Of a DNA stretch of 64,000 nt, positions 59,401 through 64,000 are shown piece by piece; the first letter of the stretch is position 1, and every line of letters begins with the position of its first letter. Origin of the DNA: Nemertoderma westbladi (taxonomy: Eukaryota > Animalia > Xenacoelomorpha). The position numbers and the translations under genes were made by a program. Location: NCBI GenBank assembly GCA_032718475.1, contig JAUCBJ010000764.1, positions 14,208 to 78,207 of the forward strand, read 5' to 3'. Under the pieces are notes generated by a model. That model was not told the DNA's origin, did not search any database, and worked only from the letters and a program-made list of their open reading frames with translations.

Positions 59401-62400
59401 ATAAAGATACTGAATTCCACACCATTTTTATGACCAATTTAGGTATCATGTTCCAGAACATTTTTAAAGAACAAACAATATCACACCTAGAAAACAATGT
59501 TATAGAATGAACAATAAATTAGCATTCAAGAACATTACCTTTTATTTAAATTAATAGCTAACATGTTCAAGATCATTAAAAAATTACATTAAACAAGCTA
59601 AAAAAATTTTAACATTATGGCTAGTGGTGTGCAACAAATAGGGTATTCCCTATATTTAACCTTTATCGAGATTTGATAAAATTTGTTACAATCATATTAT
59701 CATAATATTATCTAACATTGTTCAGCTTGTGCATTTGTTGACAGGAGTGAATTAAGATCCTCCCAGTCTCCAGTTCCTGACGGATTGTCTCTGTCATACC
59801 ACTGACTCATAGGTCCACTGCATTCATCGTGTTGTTGCTCTTCTATATTTTTTGCATAAAAAATAAAATAGTAATTATATAAAATTAGAATTAAACAGAC
59901 AATAGTTATGCAGAGTAAAGTTTCTCAAAGATATTGGTTTATATGTTCCTTTATGGAGATTCTTGGGATAGTATTCCCACACAAATCTTCTCTTAAAACT
60001 GTGTCAGTAGCTCGTTCTTTTTGGCGGATGTGTGTGTAGGCCGACATATGTTGAAGAAGATCATCAATATGGGATAATCGATGCGTTTAAAGAAAACCTC
60101 CACACCAGCAAATGGAATCATGTACTACTATTAAATGTTTAATGTAATAATTTGACTACAAATATATATGAATATTCCTAAGTATGTATATCACTACAAT
60201 ATGTACTACACTATTACTACGGACAAGTGTTTGTCAATTCCTTCAATCAAATCCAAACATACATGTCATATAATTTCAGAGAAATTTGAACAGAAAAAGA
60301 TAGGGTGCAAAGACACTCTTATCTTTAGTAATATAGATGATTAATGTTATAAAATATATGGTACTCTACTACATGATTTGACCTTGAATTGAAAAACGGT
60401 GACTTGAACCTAAGGCTAACTTGAACCGAAACTCAAATATTTCTATAATGTTTGATCCCACAGAGAGTAGATAGGAAGGATTTAATATAATTCCTATTGC
60501 ATAGGGTAAGAGTACATACCAGGACAGCAGTATAGTAATACATACCAGGACAACAGTATCGTATTTCATAATCATGACAGTAAGCTCCACTACTCTGATC
60601 ACTGTTTTTGCAAATGAGACCATCGCCTGAATACATAGCTAAAATGTCGCCAGTTGCTGTGGCATCAATATTAGATTGTGTAGTTCTTGCTTCAGAAGAT
60701 TCTGGATCCAAGCATTTATGGCTCGTAAACCCTGCAAGTAAAATATCCATGTTCTTTTTCAACATGCTTGAATATTAAGTCAGTAAGACATTAACCAAGA
60801 AAGTAATGATAACTAAGTCAGGGTCGCATAATATTTATGGGACAAAATTTATGAATAAAGTCGTAAAATAATTAAAGACAATTTACTTGTGGGACGCAAT
60901 GATGATAATAGTCATTACTAAATATATTATTATAATAATTTAAAACCAAAACTGTAGTATGCAGATACTCACATTGTTCCGCTTGGCTATTATATAGCAA
61001 CAGCGAATTAAGATCCTCCCAGTCTCCAGTGCCTGATGGATTGTCCCTGTCGTACCATTGACTTATTGGGCCATCACATTGATCTACACCCCTCTCTGTT
61101 AAATTAAATAATCGAGTTTACCACATTATCAATTTATAACATAATCAAAATATATATTATTCCTCAAACAGCGGAGAATTTGATTCCACTCAAAGGATCC
61201 TGTTCCATCTAGATGGAACTGCACTCACAGGATCCTATGCTATCTATGTGGGACTCCACTCACAAGATCCTATGCTATCTATGTGGGATTCCACTCACAG
61301 AATCCTATGCTATCTATGTGGGACTCCACTCACAGGATGCTATGCTATCTATGTGGGACTCCACTCACAGGATCCTATGCTATCTATGTGGGACTCCACT
61401 CACAGGATCCTATGCTATCTGTGTGGGACTCCACTCACCGGATCCTATCCTATCTATGTGGGACTCCACTCACAGGATCCTATGCTATCTATGTGGGACT
61501 CCACTCACAGGATCCTATGCTATCTATGCGGGACTCCACTCACAGGATCCTATGCTATCTATGTGGGACTCCACTCACAGCATCCTATGCTATCTATGTG
61601 GGTCTCCACTCACAGGTTCCTATGATATCTATGTCAGACTCCACTCACAGGATCATATGCTATCTATGTGGGACTCCACTTAGAGGTTCCTATGCCATCT
61701 ATATGGGACTCCGCTAACAGGATCCTATGCTATCTGAGTGGGACACAACTCACAGGATCATATGCTATCTGTGTGAGACTCCACTCACAGGATCCTATGC
61801 TATCTATGTGGGACTCCACTCACAGGATCCTATGATATCTATGTGGGACTCCACTCACAGGATCATATGATATCTATGTGGGATTCCACTCACAGGATCC
61901 TATGCTATCTATGTGGGACTCCACTCACAGGATCCTATGCTATCTATGTGGGACTCCACTCACAGGATCATATGATATCTATGTGGGATTCCACTCACAG
62001 GATCCTATGCTATCTATGTGGGACTCCACTCACAGGATCCTATGCTATCTATGTGGGACTCCACTCACAGGATCCTATGCTATATATGTAGGACTCCACT
62101 CACAGGATCCTATGCTATCTATGTGGGACTCCACTCACAGGATCCTATGCTATATATGTGGGACTCCACTCACAGGATCCTATGCTATCTATGTGGGACT
62201 CCACTCACAGGATCCTATGCTATCTATGTGGGACTCCACTCACAGGATCCTATGCTATCTATGTGGGACTCCACTCACAGGATCATATGATATCTATGTG
62301 GGATTCCACTCACAGGATCCTATGCTATCTATGTGGGACTCCACTCACAGGATCCTATGCTATCTATGTGGGACTCCACTCACAGGATCCTATGCTATCT

Positions 62401-63698
62401 ATGTGGGACTCCACTCACAGGATCCTATGTTATCTATGTGGGACTCCACTCACAGGGTTCTATGCTATCTATGTGGGACTCCACTCACAGGATCCTATGC
62501 TATCTATGTGGGACTTCACTCATATGATCCTACGCTATATAGGTGGGACTCATTTATTGTGACTCTCAATTGACATTCCACTAGTTTTACAATGTAATAT
62601 TCTGATAATTTATTTACTAAATTAGTAATAGTTATAATTATTAGTTAGGTTATTATCACTCTGTATGTATTACACCATATTTCCCAAACTTTAGATTTTG
62701 AAATTAAAATTACACTAATAATAGTAAATTCCTGTCGTATCCATTTATGCAAAATAGTTAAATTAAATTTATTATAATATATATAATATTATAATAATAT
62801 TAAATATATATATAATATTATAATATTTATTATAATATCCATTTAAATATTAATAATATGATAGTTTTTATTTAAGGACCCCCTTGGAAATAAGCTGCAA
62901 AGCTTTAGGGGTAATCCTGTATGTTATGTTGGACAATACCTTTATACCGGTACATTGTTTGGTGTATTTGTTATTGTTTTTACATAATGTATAAATAAAT
63001 CTATCTATAACTCGATCATATAAATTATGTGACATACTGGGGCAGCAGAAACGTATTTCATAATCCTGACACTGATCATTGTTCTGATCGCTGTTCTTAC
63101 AAACAAGACCATCAGCGGAATACATTGCTAATATATCCCCAGTTGACAATGCATCAATGTGGTAGGCGGTAGTTCTTCCTTCAGAGAATATTGGTTCCAA
63201 GCAGTTGTGGTTTGAAAACCCTGAAAAATAGGCGATTATATTTATATATTAGGCCTACACGACTACATGGTACAACGCATCCTCAATTGTTCTCCAAAAC
63301 CCAGGTTAGTTTCTGGCTTGAATTCTTAATTTATTTTACTTAAACTTAATTAATATTTGTATTGTAGGTGTGTTGTTTTTTTAGAAGTAATAGATGTATA
63401 TGTCTTGCTATTGTCCCGAACTAAAGATTCCGTCCATATAATTTTCTTTCAAAAACTAAATTTCGACAACACAACACACACATACAACATATTATATAGT
63501 TTCCCATGACCGAGCTGACACATGTATTTCTATATGTATATGACATAACATACCGTGATTGTTATATTTACTCACATTGCTCCGCTTGACTATTTGTTGA
63601 TAGTAGAGTAGCTAGATCTTCCCAGTCTCCTGTAGCTGTTGGGTTGTCTCTGTCGTACCATTGGCTCATTGGTCCTTCACAATCTCGCTGACTTTCTT
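8327..63698 (-). CDS. Multi-exon gene (partial at both ends) encoding tandem WxxW/CysD-like domains (mucin-2/CILP-type); 25 exons, about 1282 aa in window
   Basis: Alternating A exons (CxGxMSQWYDRDNPxGTGDWEDL) and B exons (WFSQHNCLEP...YSADGLxCKN..Q....CxDYEIR[FY]CCP). All have AG/GT boundaries and lengths divisible by 3, and all introns are phase 1; the A|B junction T|GG makes Trp. Confidence 0.9.
8592..8777 (-). CDS. WxxW-repeat gene exon B12
   Basis: cag|GGTTTTCT...TGTCCCG|gtatgt, 186 nt. Confidence 0.88.
9068..9193 (-). CDS. WxxW-repeat gene exon A12
   Basis: tag|GAGAGACC...GAACAAT|gtgaga, 126 nt. Confidence 0.88.
9968..10153 (-). CDS. WxxW-repeat gene exon B11
   Basis: cag|GGTTTTCT...TGTCCCG|gtatgt, 186 nt. 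Confidence 0.88.
10296..10582. mobile_element. Small inverted-repeat element (MITE-like)
   Basis: CCCATGTGAAGAATACCAG near 10300 versus CTGGTATTCTTCACGTGGG near 10556, with another copy near 10503. Confidence 0.45.
11433..11499 (-). mobile_element. Ultra-short 5'-truncated RTE LINE 3' end with 14-bp TSD
   Basis: Matches 46252-46318; flanked by AAAGGGTAGCACTA at 11419-11432 and 11500-11513. Confidence 0.85.
12316..12441 (-). CDS. WxxW-repeat gene exon A11
   Basis: tag|AAGAGC...GAACAAT|gttaga, 126 nt. Confidence 0.88.
13025..13120 (+). repeat. 12-bp tandem repeat
   Basis: AAAAGGACCC(G/A)(C/A), about 8 copies. Confidence 0.8.
13660..15760 (+). mobile_element. Possible degenerate LTR-retrotransposon remnant (LTR-like region plus gag-like E/R-rich broken ORF)
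   Basis: CCAAT/TATA-bearing segment, TGG-starting PBS-like stretch near 14040, purine-rich coiled-coil ORF pieces 14137-15754; no pol motif seen. Confidence 0.3.
16129..16314 (-). CDS. WxxW-repeat gene exon B10
   Basis: tag|GGTTTACA...TGTCCTG|gtatgc, 186 nt; a divergent B copy. Confidence 0.87.
16862..16993 (-). CDS. WxxW-repeat gene exon A10
   Basis: tag|TTTTTATA...GAGCGAT|gtgagt, 132 nt, VFITTPPEKCDGRMSQWYDRDNPGGTGDWETL. Confidence 0.87.
17100..21200 (-). mobile_element. Near full-length decayed CR1/L2-group LINE
   Basis: ORF1 with C2H2 (CEECNGFF...NDHFQQCH) and PHD-like fingers and an in-frame TGA at 20402; APE remnants 19250-19800; RT motifs YRPVSLT, IDFAKAFDSV, QGSVLGP, FADD, RDLGI, FSNRVVPIWNSLP; several frameshifts. 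Confidence 0.92.
21731..23405 (+). mobile_element. PIF/Harbinger DNA transposon with HARBI1-like DDE transposase pseudogene (about 21976-22930)
   Basis: Imperfect 16-bp TIRs GAGCCGATTGTTCAAA / TTTGAACAACCGGGCC with TAT on both flanks; subterminal TAAATGTACATTTA palindromes; LRFYASG, GAIDCSHV, WPGSVHDSRV, LLGDSRYP, RNVVE motifs; 5' frameshift. Confidence 0.92.
23755..23940 (-). CDS. WxxW-repeat gene exon B9
   Basis: cag|GGTTTTTT...TGTCCAG|gtaggt, 186 nt. Confidence 0.88.
26002..26121 (-). CDS. WxxW-repeat gene exon A9
   Basis: tag|AAATCAAT...GAACAAT|gttagt, 120 nt. Confidence 0.88.
26360..26530 (+). mobile_element. 3' fragment of CRE-like (RLE) non-LTR retrotransposon
   Basis: FLLHRLAINILVGNAASIMGT resembles the C-terminal QRxSIAxQRGNAAS motif. 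Confidence 0.55.
26730..27684 (-). repeat. 26-bp splice-donor-derived minisatellite (about 36 units)
   Basis: Plus-strand unit CCAGGACAGCAGTATCGTACTACATA. Confidence 0.95.
27682..28595. mobile_element. Non-autonomous foldback/MITE (about 0.9 kb) inserted in the minisatellite
   Basis: About 55-bp TIR GCAGCGAGCAGATTGCTGAAATTAGC...TTTCCCTATTTATGGCAC and its reverse complement ending at 28592; further inverted blocks 27792-27915 versus 28325-28460. Confidence 0.85.
28608..28721 (-). repeat. 26-bp minisatellite abutting exon B8 (about 4 units)
   Basis: Same unit, contiguous with the exon end. Confidence 0.95.
28722..28907 (-). CDS. WxxW-repeat gene exon B8
   Basis: tag|GGTTTAAG...TGTCCTG|gtatgt, 186 nt. 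Confidence 0.88.
29042..29450. repeat. Inverted repeat of poly-G/poly-C plus GAATAATTGTTTTTGGGG tandem units
   Basis: G run followed by GAATAATTG(T/A)TTTTGGGG units; C run followed by AAAAACAATTATTC units; related units at 29810-30190. Confidence 0.7.
32140..32262 (-). CDS. WxxW-repeat gene exon A8
   Basis: cag|AAGAGATA...GAACAAT|gttagt, 123 nt, CVGPMSQWYDRDDPTATGDWENL. Confidence 0.88.
33248..33934 (-). mobile_element. Degenerate CRE-like (RLE) non-LTR fragment, copy 1
   Basis: ERQLLSLLIRYRGICIP, EKGAS, EFRD, CPTGGLPSIRYNKI, ARLEVSVSDFWG, FNP remnants. Confidence 0.7.
34725..35411 (-). mobile_element. Degenerate CRE-like fragment, copy 2 (1477-bp tandem duplication)
   Basis: Near-identical to 33248-33934 with the same junctions. 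Confidence 0.75.
36636..36821 (-). CDS. WxxW-repeat gene exon B7
   Basis: cag|GGCTTATG...TGCCCTG|gtatgt, 186 nt. Confidence 0.88.
37028..38430. mobile_element. Non-autonomous TIR DNA transposon with TA flanks, containing a nested SINE
   Basis: TIR TGTGGCGTGA(..)CACCTAGAAAAGGGGTTAACTGGTCA / TGACCAGTTAACCCCTTTTCTAGGTGTCACGCCACA. Confidence 0.85.
37757..38035 (-). mobile_element. tRNA-derived SINE
   Basis: Minus strand A-box TGGTGTAGTGG and B-box GGTTCGATCC; (TACTTT)n-like tail. Confidence 0.7.
38490..40320 (+). mobile_element. 5'-truncated decayed RTE-clade LINE
   Basis: QNGFRPNRST, FVDFKKAFDS, GVLQGDT, DTDFADDIALL, FQYL, RLRFSGHCWR; many frameshifts; TAG-repeat tail. Confidence 0.9.
39241..39490 (-). 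mobile_element. 3' end of a second RTE family inserted antisense into the RTE above
   Basis: Similar to 46247-46506; AGGACGGCC duplicated on both sides. Confidence 0.85.
40594..40716 (-). CDS. WxxW-repeat gene exon A7
   Basis: cag|AAACATCC...AAACAAT|gtgagt, 123 nt. Confidence 0.88.
41669..41887 (-). repeat. 26-bp minisatellite abutting exon B6 (about 8 units)
   Basis: Same unit, contiguous with the exon end. Confidence 0.95.
41888..42073 (-). CDS. WxxW-repeat gene exon B6
   Basis: cag|GGTTTATG...TGTCCTG|gtatgt, 186 nt. Confidence 0.88.
42200..42345 (-). mobile_element. Possible Penelope-like RT fragment
   Basis: PGIKFITETSNESVNFLNV resembles IKFTxExSxxxxxFLD. Confidence 0.45.
43350..43560. 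mobile_element. Single arm of the foldback family seen at 57443-57855
   Basis: GTAACTTTGTTCTCTGAAAAAAGAGCTTTCGAATGAG...ACTGGAGATTATACA shared. Confidence 0.7.
43845..43973 (-). CDS. WxxW-repeat gene exon A6
   Basis: tag|ATTTCATC...GAACAAT|gttagt, 129 nt. Confidence 0.87.
45650..45742 (+). repeat. 18-bp tandem repeat, about 5 copies
   Basis: GCATGGCGACAGTGGTC(A/G). Confidence 0.85.
46247..48650 (-). mobile_element. RTE-clade LINE with a large internal deletion
   Basis: APE remnants (VGVQEHR, GGIG, RIISC, SDHHL); RT GVLQGDTLAPFLF, LDFADD, FCYLGS, LLYGS..W, RLRFAGHCFR; abrupt join near 47300; (TAG)n tail. Confidence 0.92.
48659..48870 (+). repeat. 61-bp tandem repeat, about 3.5 copies
   Basis: GGATATTCAAAAACTACTGTGGAACAAAAACAGTTCAATATG... 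Confidence 0.85.
50814..50999 (-). CDS. WxxW-repeat gene exon B5
   Basis: cag|GGTTGTCT...TGTCCAG|gtaggc, 186 nt; similar to B9. Confidence 0.88.
52259..52567. mobile_element. MITE of about 300 bp
   Basis: TIR CCCGTTCACATCCAACGG / CCGTTGGATGTGAACGGG; internal TGTGAACG repeats. Confidence 0.8.
52647..52766 (-). CDS. WxxW-repeat gene exon A5
   Basis: tag|GGACC...ACACAAT|gttagt, 120 nt, CPGLMSQWFDRDNPTGTGDWEDL; near-identical to A13. Confidence 0.88.
54380..55450 (+). mobile_element. CR1/L2-group LINE ORF2 fragment
   Basis: KLAVVRPILKKPNL...NYRPVTNIPFMAKIIEK, QSGYR..FSTE, LDLSAAFDTVNH. Confidence 0.88.
55655..56430 (-). mobile_element. CRE-like (RLE) non-LTR retrotransposon fragment
   Basis: RHLMVNDIV, LEPAGMFQGDGKRVDGVTLIPW...WDST, AESLKIRKY. 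Confidence 0.75.
56718..56903 (-). CDS. WxxW-repeat gene exon B4
   Basis: cag|GGTTTTCT...TGCCCTG|gtatgt, 186 nt. Confidence 0.88.
57029..57135 (+). mobile_element. tRNA-derived SINE (partial)
   Basis: TAGCTTAGTTGG...GGCCTGCAATCTATTGGTTGTAGGTTC...CTCAGCC...GATAAAATGAGTACCAG. Confidence 0.6.
57225..57350 (-). CDS. WxxW-repeat gene exon A4
   Basis: tag|AAGAGC...GACCAAT|gtgaga, 126 nt. Confidence 0.88.
57443..57855. mobile_element. Foldback element with about 145-bp inverted arms
   Basis: AATAAGCGACTCTG...AGAGAACAAAGTTACCATT versus AATGGTAACTTGGTTCTCT...CAGAGTCGCTTATT. Confidence 0.8.
59089..59274 (-). CDS. WxxW-repeat gene exon B3
   Basis: cag|GGTTTTCT...TGTCCCG|gtacgt, 186 nt. Confidence 0.88.
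59717..59842 (-). CDS. WxxW-repeat gene exon A3
   Basis: tag|AAGAGC...GAACAAT|gttaga, 126 nt; near-identical to A11. Confidence 0.88.
60546..60731 (-). CDS. WxxW-repeat gene exon B2
   Basis: cag|GGTTTACG...TGTCCTG|gtatgt, 186 nt, ends CHDYEIRYCCP. Confidence 0.88.
60973..61095 (-). CDS. WxxW-repeat gene exon A2
   Basis: cag|AGAGGG...GAACAAT|gtgagt, 123 nt, CDGPISQWYDRDNPSGTGDWEDL. Confidence 0.88.
61185..62555 (+). repeat. 35-bp minisatellite (about 39 units)
   Basis: GGACTCCACTCACAGGATCCTATGCTATCTATGTG. Confidence 0.95.
63038..63220 (-). CDS. WxxW-repeat gene exon B1
   Basis: cag|GGTTTTCA...TGCCCCA|gtatgt, 183 nt, ends CQDYEIRFCCP. Confidence 0.88.
63576..63698 (-). CDS. WxxW-repeat gene exon A1
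   Basis: cag|AAGAAAGT...GAGCAAT|gtgagt, 123 nt, EESQRDCEGPMSQWYDRDNPTATGDWEDLATLLSTNSQAEQ. Confidence 0.88.
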
Positions 63699-64000
63699 CT
63701 GTTTATTTATTGATGAAAAAAAAACACTATAACTATTTATAAAGTTGTTTATAACATAGTAGAACTTGACTCAGTGAGGCTAATCTTTTCGTTACACAGA
63801 CTATTAAGGTAGTTAGTGAGTAAGATAAGTACTATGCAACAATAAGCTTCTGTGTCGTTTATCACAAAATGATAACATTACGAAACAGTTTTTATGAAAC
63901 TTGTTTTGTTTTAACATTACTCACTAAGTAGGTATGAGTGAGTAATTATGCCGACTACGACTGCTGTTATGCCTACTTACATCTTCTATATTGTAATACA

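Noticed and set aside
61213-62573. ORFs with GLHSQDPMLSMWDSTHRILCYLCGTP repeats, or a CRISPR-like array
   Set aside because: Head-to-tail 35-bp units with no unique spacers, no cas genes and a eukaryotic context.
8327-63698. Dscam-like mutually exclusive exon clusters
   Set aside because: A and B exons strictly alternate instead of clustering, so constitutive tandem domains are the simplest reading.

Overview
AT-rich eukaryotic (invertebrate-animal-like) genomic DNA with spliceosomal introns. Most of the window is one large minus-strand gene: 25 strictly alternating short exons (13 'A' of 120-132 nt, 12 'B' of 183-186 nt) from 63698 to 8327. All are open, GT-AG bounded and phase 1, and they splice to about 1282 aa of 12.5 tandem WxxW/CysD-like (Mucin2_WxxW/CILP-type) domains with no PTS linkers. 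The start and stop of this gene are not visible. A two-exon galactose-3-O-sulfotransferase-family gene lies antisense at 2095-3703. The introns are filled with decayed LINEs (CR1/L2-group, RTE, CRE-like), a Harbinger transposon, MITEs/foldbacks, SINEs and minisatellites. The most unusual feature is a 26-bp minisatellite (roughly 150 copies behind four B exons) that is a tandem amplification of the exon B 3' end plus its 5' splice donor, giving kilobase arrays of splice donors. Exon coordinates were read by eye, and family assignments come from motif recognition rather than database searches.
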